From: the human T2T-CHM13v2.0 reference genome, Homo sapiens | Length of the DNA stretch: 64,000 nucleotides | Assembly (NCBI RefSeq): GCF_009914755.1 | Contig: NC_060926.1 | Direction: 5' to 3' (one strand) | Shown here: positions 12,234 to 26,119 of the stretch, piece after piece | Position numbering within the stretch: position 1 is the stretch's first letter | Layout: each line of letters starts with the position of its first letter | The notes under the pieces: model-generated | Databases searched by the model: none | What the model saw: only the letters and a program-made list of their open reading frames with translations | Told to the model about the DNA's origin: nothing | Position numbers and translations under genes: made by a program

Positions 12234-13620
12234 TATTTGGCTGGGTCTCACTCCTGAGAGAGGAGACCTTCCTCTGGACCAGGTACCAAGACAGACCCTA
12301 ATTGGAAAATGTTGTCTTCTAAGGAAAGATGCAGCACCCACTAGAAAGGAAAACACCAGAAAGTTTTAAAAAGGAAAAACCAAGGGAAGCCGAGGAGCTT
12401 CTTGATAGGGGACACAGCAGAGGCCACCCAGCTGGGGTGAATCTCCACAGTTCCCCAACGGGACGGCGGGTGGGAGCCCCAAGTCACTGGCCCCTGCAGC
12501 ATGGGGGCAGCTGCTGAGTGGTAATCAAAACAGACACCCTGCCCTCCCGCAGCCAAACTCCAGTGCCAGGCCCAGCGGCAGCAAATAAGAAAACCTCGGT
12601 TTCTCTACCTGCATCAGCTACACGGTGCTCACACACGGGAGGCATCAGCCAGTTTTCTCAATTAAAGAGGTAGAAACAAAATGTGTCTTCACTACTTTTT
12701 GAATTTACCATGTTATCTAAAGTTTTAATTTAATTGAATGAATAAACTCCCTATGCATCTGGACACATGCAGGAAAATTCACAAACATTTCAAACCAAAA
12801 CAGAGTATTTTGCCAAAAGATAATTTCTTTGATACGTGAATGTCACTTTTTTCTATCTTTTAGTGATTTCAGTGTAATGAAATTGGGAAGTCTGTGCCTC
12901 TAAAAGACTTTTTTAAGAGCATGGTATTTCTCCATTTTGAAAAAAATAGTTGGCAAAATATCTTCTACTGTAGGTAGAAGTTAATTGGCTGAGAGTAATA
13001 AACAGAAGATTAAAAAACGACCTTTATCCCTGCTATTCTGTCAAGGGCTACAGTGAATTACACACCCCGGCATGGGTTTGCACGCCACGTGCTGGAAGCC
13101 AGCAGTCATGCAGGCCATGCTCTCCCACACTTAGAAAAAAAGCCCATGAGAAAGAGTTCCGTCAAGTTCACACAGAATCACCTCCAGCAAGACCTGGAAA
13201 AAGCTCAGTTCCACAAAATACCTGTGTCCAAATACTTTGAGTGCACAGCTCTGGCATCAGGTTCCTCTGAGGACAGGCTCTGAGATGGATTTCTGGATGG
13301 AAGCTGCTGCCGGAGGAGACAATGCCACTGCAGATGGCTCATGCTGCTCCCATGCTGCAGGGGCCAGTAACTTGGGGCTCCCACCCGCCGTCCTGTTGGG
13401 GAACTGCGGAGATTCACCCCAGCTGGGTGGACTCTGCTGTGTCCCCTGTCAAGAAGCTCCTCGGCTTCCCTTGGTTTTTCCTTTTTGAAACACTCTGGTG
13501 TTTTCCTCTCTGGTGGGGGCTGCATCTCACCTTAGAAGACAACATTTTCCAATTAGGGGCTGTCTTGGTAGCTGGTCCAGAGGAAGGTCTCCTCTCTCGG
13601 GAGTGAGGCCTGGCCAAGTA
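12234..13620. repeat. Inverted repeat: arms 12234-12511 and 13343-13620 (~278 bp, ~92% identical, ungapped), ~830-bp spacer
   Basis: Manual alignment gave ~21 mismatches. Also mirrored in ORFs 12329..12517(+) and 13205..13525(-). Confidence 0.95.
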
Positions 13621-14579
13621 ACTCCAGCCAGAACTCTCACTGAGTGGAGCTGGATCTGCCCTGTTCTCCTCCCATCCTCGTGCTGACTGTGAAAATCCAT
13701 CCGTGCCCTATGCAAAGTCCTGCATCTTGGACTGTAAAATGGCAAAAGCCAAATTTAAAACAGATGGTTATATTGACTCTATGAGGAAAAGAAAGTTCTA
13801 AGGTAGACAATTGGTAAGCAAACAATTATGTGTAACTTGTTAGAACACTAGGGTGTAGTTTATTCGTCTCACTGATTATTTTCTGTTTAACAGGCTGGCT
13901 AAGAGCCAGAGGGAGAGAAGGCTGGCTGGGAATTGAGAGGCATGAGGTCACCTCAGTCCCAACATTTCCATGTAAACGATGATGCAAGGTGGGCTGATGG
14001 CAGGAGTCCCTGGAAATTCTCACAATCTCAGCTCTTAACTTCTGTAAAATATTATGTCATTTAGGATCTCTTTAACAAATAACGTTTTTTCTAATTTCAA
14101 AAGTGTATATTCTCTTTGGAGGATCTTTGGTAAATATAAAATGAGTTATAAGAGAGAGAAAAATTATTCACAATTTTATCACTCAAATTTTGATAATTAT
14201 ATTCCTGCATTTTTAATGAAATGTAGAAATTTTAGATTATACTATACATAAAATGTTGTTTCTGTTTTTTCATCCAATATTAGATAATAAACGTTTTACG
14301 TGGCATAAACTATATATGTAAATCAGCTATTTCCAAACCTGGATGCTTGATTTAACCCTCCTTATACCGTTAGCCATTTAAATGATTTCTCCTTTATCCT
14401 ATGAATAACACTTCCACCAGTTATTATTCTTATATATAGCTCATTCAATCACGCATAATCTTGTTGAACATTTACTTACAATTTAATTGCATACTACCTG
14501 AGTGGATTGTGGTTATATGTTTATATGCTTATTCCAAATATAGTGCTAAGATTAGCATTAGAGACAGGAAAATATTCAC

Positions 14580-14735
14580 AGGTTTTGAAACCAGAAGGAG
14601 CCAAACACAAATCCACGATCCAGCTCTGCATACTCTCACCCAGCCTTAGTTTTCTTACACAGAGAATGAAGACAATACTATTTGCCTTGTGGCATCTCTG
14701 TGAAGTTAAAGGAGACATCGATTGTACACACAGCA
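14580..14735. mobile_element. MIR-like SINE fragment
   Basis: Degenerate MIR core (CAAATCC...CAGCTCTGCA...CCTTAGTTTTCTT). Confidence 0.45.
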
Positions 14736-15468
14736 CTGCATGGGCGGCGGGAGGCTGGGCCCCTACCAGCTCTAAGGACAATCACCATTGGATGCTCCAC
14801 GATCCTACTCTCAGGAGGCTCGTATGCCATATGCCATGTGAGTGTCACTTACCCGGTGAACACATACTTGTTTATTATAAATTACTCCCGTGCTGTTTTC
14901 TTTGTTTTACATGTTCACAAATCTGTTTAAAAAGGTACAATTATGAAATTAAAAGTTAACTAAAGGGGGATGTTTTAATTATCTCTGAAATTTAAACCCC
15001 CAAATCCAGGTAATAAAGCAAGGAAATGTCTTACAGCCCAACACTTGCCATCAATACTTTTTCGATGTTAGTGGGCAGGGGAGGGTAGTGAAAGTGAAGG
15101 AATCAGAGCTCTGATGGGTGCACATTGTCTTCCCTACAAATCCATTTCTTGTCCAGCTTTCCTTCCTCTTTGGGGCTGCTCTATCCTTTTCTGCACATTT
15201 GAACTCCTCCGCTGTGGGCCATTCTCATTTGCTTTACTTCCTAGTCTGAATTCCATGGGACCTGCATTTAAGAGGAGAGGGGAACCACTTTGGGACTGGA
15301 GGAAGTTCACCTTATGCCATATGCCTGCCTCCTTCCTCTACAGTGAACGGTCTCTGGTGTCCCTGGGTGTTCAGTTTCTTTCCACTCATGCGTTACTGAC
15401 TGTTCAGGTGGCAAATGGCCCATGACCTTTATGGTACTTAAGGGAAAATAATTAAAAGCTGTGTTTCT

Positions 15469-16767
15469 TTTTTAGTTAACTTTTATTTTAGGTTTGGGGG
15501 TACATGGGTGGGTTTGTTATACGGGTAAACACGTGCCACAGGAGTTTGTTGTACATGTTATTTCATCATCCAGGTATTAAGCCCAGTACCCAATAGTTAT
15601 CTTTTCTGTTTCTCTCCCTTCTCCCGCCCTCCCCCCTCAAGCAGACCCCAGTGTCTGATGTTTCCTTCTTTGAGTTCACACGTTCTTATCATTTAGCTCA
15701 CACTTGTAAGTGAGAACATGTATTATTTGGTTTTCTGTTCCTGTGTTAGTTTGCTAAGGATGATACCCTTCGGTTTTATCCATATTAATGCAAAAGGCAT
15801 AATCTCGTTCTTTTTTGTGGCTGCATAGTATTCCATGGTGTATATGTAGCACATTTTCTTTATCCAACCTGTGATTGATGGGCATTTGGGTTGATTCTAT
15901 GTCTTTGCTATTGTGAATAGTGCTACAGTGAACATTTGCATGCATGTGTCTTCATGGTAGAATGATTTATATTTGTCTGGGTATATACCCAGTAATGGGA
16001 TTGCTAGGTCAAATGGTAGTTCTGCTTTTAGCTCTTTGAGGAATCACCATACTGTTTTCCACCATGGTTGAACTAACTTACACTCCCACCAACAGTGTAT
16101 AAATGTTTACTTTTCCCTGTAACTTTGCCAGCATCTGTTATTTTTTGACTTTTTAGTAATAGCCATTCTGATTGGTGTGAGATGGTGCCTCACTGTGGTT
16201 TTGATGAGCATTTCTCTAGTAATCAGTGATCTAGAGCTTTTTTCCATATGCTTGTTTGCCACATGTTTGTCTTCTTTTAAGAAGTGTCTCTTCATGTCCT
16301 TGGCCCACTTTTTAATGGGGTTTTCTCTTGTAAATTTGTTTAAGTTCCTTATAGATGCTGGATATTAGAACTTTATCAGATGCATAGTTTGTAAATATTT
16401 TCTCCCATTCTGTAAGTTGCCTGTTTACTTTGCTGATAGCTTCTTTTGCTATGCAGAAGCTCTTTAATTTAATTAGATCCCACTTGTCAATTTTTGCTTT
16501 CATTGTGATTATTTTGGGTGTCTTTGTCATGAAATCTTTGCCTGTTCCTGTGTCCAGGATGGTATTGCCTAGGTTGTCTTCCAGGGTTTTTATAGTTCTG
16601 GGTTTTACACCAAAACTTTTAGTTTTGGTCTTTAATCCATTCTGAGTTGATTTTTGTGTATGGTCTAAGAAAAAGGTCCAGCTTCAATCTTCATCACATG
16701 GCTAGCCAGCTATCCCAGCACCATTTATTGAATAGGGAATATTTTCCCCATTGCTTGCTTTTGTCAG
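15469..16767 (-). mobile_element. 5'-truncated L1 (old L1PA/L1PB), ORF2 C-terminus plus 3' UTR
   Basis: ORF2 peptides ([16 protein letters not shown]; MKRHFLKEDKHVANKHM). 15-bp TSD AAAAGCTGTGTTTCT at 15454-15468 and 16768-16782. Confidence 0.95.
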
Positions 16768-18699
16768 AAAAGCTGTGTTTCTAAGACTTTGCCCAACATC
16801 CTTTAACTTTTGACCACATCTCTCCCCCAGTCAATAGGCTCCAGGTAATGGGACAGGATTCTGGGAAATAAAGAGCTGACCCTGAGACAACGCAAGTGAA
16901 CACAGGCAAGCTGCTGCATAAGTAAACAAAATGTGTGTCTTTCATTAAATATTAAACAATGATAGACTGAGTATGTAAGCATGTTACCATCACAGGTGTG
17001 GAAGTGCCTAACTGTGACTTAAATTTTAGAGCCTCAGATTTTAGATCTGGAAGAGCCATGGGTTTCAATCCATGCTGGGAGAGGCTCAAGGTTACTCTGG
17101 AGAAACACGTAGTTTGGGGAGGCTGGAGACTGAGGGGTAGGCTCTCATTCCCCAGCTCCTTCAATGAGTCTGATCTATTTCATAATTCAGTTATTGGAAA
17201 ATGATTCAAACAACTCAACCCAATTCCCTGTTATTTGGTCAAAGCCATCAGTCCTCATGCTTCTTGCCACTGCAGCTGCGGGCTCCCACTCTCCACCTGC
17301 TCTCCTGCCCAGGTTGGGGCAACCAAACTCCTTCTCTTGCTGAGGAGAGAGGTTAGGGAGGGACCTTTTTTTTTTATTATTTGAGGGTGTGGTTCAGTTG
17401 TAAACAGTGTATGTTTTAGAATTTGTGTTATTGTGATGGCGATGACCAAGTACAACATATTTCCCATTTGCCTTGCATTAACAAAAGCATGTATTTTACA
17501 CAATTGAAGTTTTTGGATCCTACTTATGTACTTTATTAAGAATAGTGAAATTTGAGCAGAGAAGAATTCTAATTTTGCATCAGAGTCAAAAGTGAAAATG
17601 AAAGGAACAGACCCATGAAGGAACAGGTGTGAGCTGTTTACTTCATTCCTGCCAGTCCTGGTTAATGTTCAGCTCTGGCCCTGCATCCCACTTTCAAATG
17701 TGGTGGATGCCTCACCTAAGAAAGGCCCTTGCCACACTGGCTCTCTCTGCTCACCCAACTGTACTTACTTCTCTTAATCCCCTATGAACACTTTTTTCTG
17801 AGTGGGGTGTGTTCTCTGTATAAAAAAGTATTGTTGCACCACTTATTGAGGACTTTTTGGATGCCATGCTAAGCATTTCATAGTCACAAGTGCATTGTAC
17901 AAACTACCCTTTATAACACTCCAATGAATTTATATTCCCATATGAATCAGCCTGAGGAAGTGGCGTGCTGGAGAGATTAAGCAATTAAATGACAGTATAC
18001 AGTTAATTACTGAGGGGATTTGGGTTTAGAGCTGGATCTGTGATTCAAACACTCATGTCTATAACCACAAGTGTTACCATATCATTTGCCATATCAGGAT
18101 TTAGAATCCCTGCTGGCAGGCCTGGGAAGATGCATTGTAACCAGATAAGAGGTAATTGCCACATTTACTGAGTTGTGAGAACCACTGTACTGCCTCTCAT
18201 AGAATGCCAGGCGCCCCTGTGTTTGTCTCAGTGTCTCCAGCTTGAATTGCTTCACCCCGGCGAAGCAATGCTGCTCCTCTCTCCTGCATGGATCACCTGC
18301 TCCTGGAATTCATTTCTCCCATTTCTTAGGTTGCCACTTTACTGTAGCTTCCTGATCTAAGGTAAAGCTTTGATGCTGTGCATGTCCCTAAATGCCTGAG
18401 CACTATTCTCACACTGGGTTGGCGGTTTAGTTGGGTTTAAAATATATATATTTCTCTCAGGATGTTAAGGCCAAATTTTGTTTTCTTATTATATCTAGAA
18501 TTTCAATGAAAAACTTCAGTGCCATTTTGGTTCTTGATTCTTTGCAGGTGATCTTTTTCTTTCACCTCTCTGGAAACTTTTCAGATCTTTACCTCTGTTG
18601 TTATCAAATTTCACAATAATGTGCTTTAAATTCATGTTGAGGGGAACTCATTAGATCTTTTAAATCTGAAAATTCATAAACTTTATTTCTGGAAAATGT

Positions 18700-19160
18700 T
18701 CTTGATTTTTAAGTTGAGATAAAATTCACATACTACATTTTACTCATGTAAAGTGTACAATTTAGCACTTTCTGGAAGTAGCACAGACTTCATCCCTATT
18801 TAATTTTAACACATTTGCAGCACCCCAGAAAGAAACGCTGTATTTCCCATTTTTCCCTCCTCCAACCTCTGACAACCATTCCTTTTTGAGGCTGAATAAT
18901 ATTCCATTGTGTGGACATACTTCATATTATTTATCCGCTCATCAGTTGGTGGACGTTTTGGTTGTTTCTACTTTTTGGCTATTATGGATAATGCTGCTAC
19001 GGACATCTGTGTATAAGTTTTTGTGCGGACATATGTTTTTAATTCTCTTCAGTATGAAGGCTTCAGTAGAATTGATGGGTCAAAGAGTAATTCTCTGTCT
19101 TACTTTTTGAGGAACTGCCAAACTGTTTTCCAAAGCAGCTGTACCATTTAAATCCCACTG
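18700..19160 (-). mobile_element. L1MB-like 3' fragment
   Basis: GCTGAATAATATTCCATTGTG...TTTTTGAGGAACTGCCAAACTGTTTTCCAAAG motifs. Confidence 0.7.
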
Positions 19161-21821
19161 ATTTATTTTCTGACATTTGTATTCCTTCTGCTTTTATGCT
19201 TTTCTTTCTGTGAAATTCCATTTTAAACTCTGAAGATGAATCAGGAAAATCAATACAGCTTCTTCAACAAATAAATTACAAGAAAATGATATATAAGAGA
19301 TATAGGGGAAATGTATAAATTCTATAGGCTTAAAAACACATCAGCTAATCACAATGTATGAATTTTATTTGGGAATATAGATGGAACAGAAGTGGCCATG
19401 TTCTTCTGGTTGTTCTGAAGGGTTATAGATATATAGGAGTTTGTTATAGTCATCGTTTATTTACATATATGTTTAAAATTCTCCATATAAGGGTTTTAAA
19501 AATTCCACTGGAAGCCTTATGTTTTAAAATGTACTCAGAATTTGTTTTAATCAGAGATGTTAGGACCGGCAGACATGGAAGTGACTGTCCCGTTCATACT
19601 CACGAATCCCTAGAAATAGGAGGCAAAGGGAAGCCCCAGGCAGAGGCAGAAGGAGAGAGGGGAAGGCATGGGCAGTAGCCTCTGCTGTGGTCTCTGTGGG
19701 ACAGCAAGGCCAGGCAGGGCAGGCAGGCTTAGGCTGGCCAGTGTGAATAACTTCAGCAGGCTCTGGGCCATAAGGGCCATCTCTAGTTGCCTAGTACCTG
19801 GCCCTGGGGTGATTAGGGAAGGCAGGTATTTTCTCCTACAGTATCAGAGCCAGATAAAGTAGGTGGTTAGGAGTATGGTTTCTGAATTGGTAGTTTAATT
19901 GGCTGGCCCTGGGAAAGGCAATCTTTTTCCAGTAAACCCCAGATGCTAGAGCATCAAGAAAATAGAAAATAAGAAAATATAATTAATGCATTCTGTATGC
20001 ACAGATGGAGTCTTCCTTTGCTTCCCCAAAGGAAGAGTCCACGGGAGCCTGGCACTCCTGGACCTGAAGAAACCCTGAAAGTGTTGGTATCTGCAGATCC
20101 TCTCCAAAAAGGTTCGCCAATCTCCTAAGACTGCAAGCCTGACCCCAGCATTCTGGGAGCCAAGAGGGAGAAAGAGTCTGTGGATCTCCCCGCTCAGTAA
20201 ATTGGCTTTCACTAAACACTCTCTTTGCATAAGCAGCATTACCCAATGTCCTGGAACTTAGAAAAGTCCTTTTTCAATGTCTGAAGAAAATAAATTGTTT
20301 CTTTTTCTGATGTCAGGGAAGAGTATTTGACTGCCAGTGTGGAATGAGGGGGACTTGGGATCACACTCTTCCCAATGTGCTTTGAGCCGACCCTCTGTGT
20401 CTGCCTCACGATCTCCTCTGCTTATCTAGACACTTGAGAACCCTAACCCAAGCCCTTCTAGGAGTCTGTGGTTTGGCTCAGCTGCCTTTGTAGGCATCTC
20501 TTGGGATTAAACATTTTCCACTCTGCTAAGTCAGTACAATCTATTCTTCTGCTTCATCTTCAAAAGACACTGAGCCTTACCCCACCCTCCACACCAAGTC
20601 CGTGGCACGCTTGAGGCCACAAGATTGCTGCCATAAGATTTTTGTATTGAGTGCTCTCTCTCCAAGCAACTGTGAGAGATTTCTATGGGCAAGGCCTCTG
20701 GGTTCCTGTCAAATTAAATTGTAGTTGAGTGTTGGGTGCTATTCAAGAAGCATCCACCTTTCTTCTGCCTAACAGAGCCCTGAATTATTTAGTCACATGG
20801 TTTGAAACATGGGGTGGGTGCTGGTTGACTTAACCTAACCAGCTCTGTCTCATCCTGTGTCACAGTTATTGGTTCCAAGGTGGGTGCATAACTGAGGCTC
20901 ATGCCAGGTGCCACACAGCACTCCCTTGGCCCCCTAATGGACTTCGGGACAGGCAAGGGCCTGAGTTGTTCCAATTAGAGTCAAATACAAGTTGTGCTAG
21001 GTTGTTAGGAACAAGAGTGTGCTTGTTCATGTTCCCCCTTTGATGAAGAATACAGCCTCAGAAATTGTTCCTGGAGATTTTGCCAGACTCAGAATGATTC
21101 TGACTTCACTGAAGGCAGAGCAGAAAATTAGGAAGAGACTGATTCCTGGGTAGCATTCATGAGCTTCTCTGCTCAGATTCACCCTGAAGCCTGGCTCCCT
21201 TCTGAACTACCCACCTGAGTCAATAAATTGCCTTGTATTTAAAGTCACATTGAGCTGGATTTTCAGTTATTTGCATCTGCAGGTGTTCTGTCAAGCTGGT
21301 ACTGTGACTTTGTATCTGAGAATATTTACAGTGTTTCTCTCATGGTTGAGTCAATCATTTCAAGGATGCTTTGAGGGTAAAAAGAATGATCAATTGTGAA
21401 GCAGTGAATTGTGCTGCCAGGCACAATTCATTGGGTAATAGAAAGCTTCATTTACTGGGCAGTAGAAAGTTTCATTTTAATGGGCATCATAAAGGACAGA
21501 CAGAATTAATGGGGGTGGTGACCTATGGCATTCTTCTTGCTGCAGAACCAGAAGCTTGTGTGGAAGGCAGCACACAAGATGGAAGGGGTGCAAGAACAGA
21601 GAGCTGGGAAGGAAGGTGAAGGGAAGAGAATGAAGCACGAGATACCCCATGGCTTGGTGTGGAACTCTCCTAAAGACACAGTGAGTAGGGGATGCCTCAA
21701 TTGACTGAAGCCAGAGGAATTAAATGACAACTGCAACCATGAGATATTTTGTTGTTCACTGCAAATGCTCTTGGTGAAGTGCTCATGGCTCTAGAAAACT
21801 GTTTGTGGGTAAGTCTCAGGG

Positions 21822-22385
21822 GTGTTGGGGGAGGAAAGAGGTTTCCTCTACCCTCTTAGATTCTGTGGCTGGATCTGAGGATTAAACTGACATAAAGAAG
21901 ATTAACAGAAGAAAAGCAAGCACATTGTGTTTGATGTTAATATTTTCATATGTACAGAGAGGTATTCTTAAGGAAGAAATGAAGACTCAAAGAAGTGGAT
22001 AGGGTGGAGAGCTTATATGCCATTTTAACAAAGAATGATGAATTGCAGACATGTCACAAGACAAAAAGAAAAAGGCGTTTGGGCTGGGGCAAATCGTGGT
22101 AAAGTGATCAGAAAACTCATGAGGAAGCTAGTAGAGGAAGTGGGTCATTTTAGGAGGGTTGTCTGTACAGATGCATCTCAGCACGGTCTCCCCATCTCTG
22201 GTGATGAAAATGGTCTCCTCTTTCTGGTAAAGGGTGGGGGCCTCTTTCTCAAAGGAATCTACACCCTAATTTTAGGTATACGGAGGGAAGCCAGAGAGGC
22301 CTTCTGGCATCTGCTGTTTCTCAAGTGCCTTCCGCTCAAAATCATCAATACATCAAAGCAGCATATTTTGGGGTGGCATTGAGGG
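21822..22385 (-). mobile_element. ERV1-class solo LTR (MER31/MER67-like)
   Basis: Characteristic segments TAAACTGACATAAAGAAGATTAACAG and CTCAAAATCATCAATA...GCATATTTTGGGGTGGCAT. Subfamily uncertain. Confidence 0.6.
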
Positions 22386-23637
22386 CCCTCACTGTGAGGA
22401 GAAGGAAGCTGCAGCACTGACCACTCCTGGTGGGTGAATGCAATGCTGTGGCGAAGTGGGGTTACAAAGCTGGGAGAGCCAGTGTTGGTTGCTATCCTTT
22501 CTTTCTCTCTCTCTGTCGGATATTCTCGAAGAGTGCACAGGCAAGAATGTGTCTCCTATGAAGTAATGCAAAGTAATAGTCTGGATGAGCAGATACAAAT
22601 TAAATCTATGACAAACCAAAGCAGAATGAAAAGAAGGATAGAAACATGGAGTTGGGGGAGGGAGAAGTGAGAAAAACCAGGTGACTGCAGGCACAAAAGA
22701 GATAGGAAGAGTTCTGTGGCCAGGACCCAAGAAGCCCTGAAAAAATGGCCGATCAGTTGCCTTGAGAATAGCTGTTAACCCAAAGCCACACAAGGTGGCT
22801 TAGGGCCAGGTTGCACAATGTCCTTTTTCCTTCAGGAATGTGTGGGGAGGTGTTTACAGAATGCCAGTTCTGCCTGGACTAGGGACTGAGTTGGGGGAAA
22901 CATTACAGTGACCTATGAATTAGGATAAGAGGAGGGCTTTGCCAGCCAGAAGTGTCTGAAGCTGACTCTTTTATGCTAAGATGAGGGCACTCCCAGTGTA
23001 ATGGCACAGGCCCTATCCCTTGAGTTTACAGCACTTGCATGTAGTTATAAACCTCATTTCCTCCCAAAGCAGCCAGATTCCCTGTGCCTCAAACCACACA
23101 GGGAGCCTGTGGTGGTGAAGCTGGTTGGGAAGACCCGGCAGAGGAGGATTTGGGAGTTGTGCATGACCCCTGAGCTGTGCTTTTGGAAGGAGAAATCTGG
23201 CCCTGCCTCACCTTGAGGACATCTGATGGGAAAAAGTTCACATTTCTATTATGTCAGTATGTCATGGCTGGGCTGAATTAGGTGATCTCCAGGGTCGTCT
23301 TCAGTCTTCTCACTCTGCGTGCTTGGGGAACTCTTCAGTCAGCCAGGACAGGTGACTGGGAAATGGGGAAGGAGACCCTCCTGTTGGCTTTTTTACAAGA
23401 CTGCTATGTTCCACCATAGACAAGAAAGGATCTCCTTTGAAACTTATGTGTGCACTTCACAGAGGATCACACAGAAGGTTCAGGGGGTCCCCTCCCCCAA
23501 CCACTGTCTCCATGAGCACAGTGCTTTAAAGATGTATGTGATGCTACATGGAGATAATGCAATGAGCATAAGACCTGCTACATGGAGGTAATGCAATGAG
23601 CATAAGAGGTCTTATGTGCTCAGGTGCACGTTTACTT

Positions 23638-23656
23638 CACCCACCAGGGGGTACAA
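23638..23656 (+). promoter_or_regulatory. CTCF-like motif
   Basis: CCACCAGGGGGTAC core. Confidence 0.4.
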
Positions 23657-24602
23657 ATCAGAGGCTACTCATCCTGCAGGTTTGTGCAACCCCAAGTCAG
23701 AACAGGTCTAGGCCTCTGTCTTCACCACTTTTCTTAGATGATCACAAACAACTGATAAATGGCCTCATGTTAATATTTTTCAGAGGAAAGAGTGCAAAGA
23801 TTTACTCCATGAGTAAATTTCAGTCAGGCATTCTCTTGTGAAACCATTTCCCAAGTAAATAATGTGCACCCCATATGTAATTACATATGTGCATGCCATA
23901 TGTAAGTAAAAGATTTTGAAGCTAGATTAGAAGACCAACATTCAGGAACCTGTGTTGTCTGTAGGGAGCTTCCTGAATTTAGAGTTAGGCCTAAAGACCT
24001 GCTGGTGAGACCTTGTAGACTATGTTGGTGGGGCCCATGACATCGACCATGGGGAGAGATGCCATCCCTTCTGCAGACCCCTGGGAACAACCTCTGCAGT
24101 TAGAAGGCTCCAGATGCAGGCTCTGGGGCCTCAGGCTCAAAAGGAGCCATGGGCTGCTTCCTGTTTCCTTGCCTTCTGCTGGGTCTGGTGCCAGGAAAGG
24201 TGAGACTGCAAAGAAGATGCCATCTCAAGAATGACAGCTGTAGGGATCAAAGGTTGGCACCTGCCAACATAGTGAGGCTGGGGCACCCTGTGCTCTAAGA
24301 AGGGCTGTGTTCTTCTGGGTGACCAGCCATCCCAAGTTGCTGGGACAGTCATGGGCAAACCAGAGCAGGTGGTTGCTCTGTTATGTACAACCATCTACCA
24401 ACAGGAATTTAACCAAATCAGAATGGCCATCGGGTCCATTATACCCAGTACTATACTTGTATTTGTGAATATCAGAGTGCCTCAGCCCTATACAAGTCAA
24501 ATGGAGACCTTATTGGCTGTATCCAACTCAGCAAAATAGCAAATATACAAAAAGTGCTGAGAGTCCTTGAAATCCCACCCCCACACAGAGCCTGCTTGTA
24601 TA

Positions 24603-24730
24603 CAGTCGGCCATCTCCGTGGAAGTGGGAGGACACAGTTGGCCATCTCTGTGGAAGTGGGAGGACGCAGTTGGCCATCTCCGTGGAAGTGCGAGGATGCA
24701 GTTGGCCATCTCCATGGAAGTAGGAGGCAC
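24603..24730. repeat. 32-bp minisatellite, 4 copies (CAGTTGGCCATCTCCGTGGAAGTGGGAGGACG)
   Basis: Directly visible, period 32. Confidence 0.95.
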
Positions 24731-25199
24731 TAACCCCACGGTCTTGGCTGGAGAACAGTAGATGAAGGAATAACAGGGTCACTTGAACTCCTTGATGTCT
24801 TCAGGCCCTTTGTTACTTGGTTTTCAACCTTCACACATCCTCCTCAGTAAAGTCATAGTCCTCTGGAGGACCACTGCCAATTGTGTTTATTGCTTAATTA
24901 TTTTACCTGCCTCTTATTAATTACTTGGATCTAGTCTAGGCTCGTTACAGGCCTGTTCAAAGTGGGTGATTTGCAACAACCTGAGCGTGGCTTTCCTGAT
25001 TAAATATAAATTCTTTTCTAATGCTAATAGAGCATGCAAAAAGCTGGAGTTACAGAAAACCCTTGGCACTCGGACCAGGAGTGCTAAGAGCATGGGAAGA
25101 AGACGTTGGGTGGAGAGATAGAGCTTATTTTCGCTAATCCAGTGACTTCACTTAGGGTTGTGGTGGCTTTTCAGGGCCTTTCACAGAGTGTAATGAAGA

Positions 25200-25352
25200 G
25201 CCATCTCATTTCTGGGTGTTTATCCACAGAAAAATGAAATCGGGATCCCAAAGAAAGAGCTGCACTCCCACGTTCATTGCAGTATTACTTGCAATAACCA
25301 AGATATGGAATCTACCCATGTCCATCAATGAATGAACTGATAAAGAAAATGT

Positions 25353-25383
<31 letters not shown>

Positions 25384-25758
25384 ATATATATATAACACAG
25401 TGAAATACTACTCAGCCTGAAAAGAAGAAGGAAATCTTGTCACTTATGGCAACATGGATGAATTTGGAGAACATTATGTTAGGTAAAATAAACCAGACAC
25501 AGAAAGACAAATACTGCATGATCTCACTTGTATGTGGAATCTAGAAAAGTCAGACTCATAAAAACAAAGAGTAGAATGCTGGTTACCAGGGGCTGAGTGG
25601 GAGGCGGGCGGGAAATGAGATGCTGGTCCAAAGATACAAGGTTTCAGTTTTAAGATGAATACGTTCCGGGGATCTAAGGTACAGCATGGCGACTGTAGTT
25701 AATAATACTGTACTGTTTACTTGAAATTTGCTAAGACAGTAGATCTTATGCATCTGCA

Positions 25759-25789
<31 letters not shown>

Positions 25790-25935
25790 ATAGTTAACTG
25801 TGTGAGGTGATGTGTTAATTAACTTGATTGTGGTAATTATTTTACTATGTATGCATATATGAAGTAATTACATTGTAAACCTTGGATAAACACAATTTTT
25901 ATTTGTCAATTATTCCCTGATAAAACTAGAAGAAG
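25200..25935 (+). mobile_element. L1MA-like 3' end with internal (GT)n(AT)n and (CT)n(CA)n microsatellites
   Basis: CCAGACACAGAAAGACAAATACTGCATGATCTCACTTG and other L1MA 3' UTR motifs. Confidence 0.8.
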
Positions 25936-26119
25936 AAAGCCCTACTTTGCATGTTTGTTCTAACTGTTCCTCCTTCGCCTTCAGTTAAGTAAACATGGGG
26001 ATGAGGGTGGGACAGAGATGTGGAGGAAATGAAGTTAAGATGAAGTCTTCATCCACCATTTATTGAACATCTACTGGAAATGACCTGTAGTAGTCCATTT
26101 TACTTTGCTATAAATTAAC

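Noticed and set aside
12329-13525. Two similar ORFs on opposite strands read as a paralogous peptide pair
   Set aside because: They simply reflect the inverted duplication. No recognisable protein family.
21435-21487. ~25-bp two-copy tandem duplication (and the 10-bp CCTGCAGGTG doublet at 10621-10640)
   Set aside because: Ordinary short slippage duplications with no further support.
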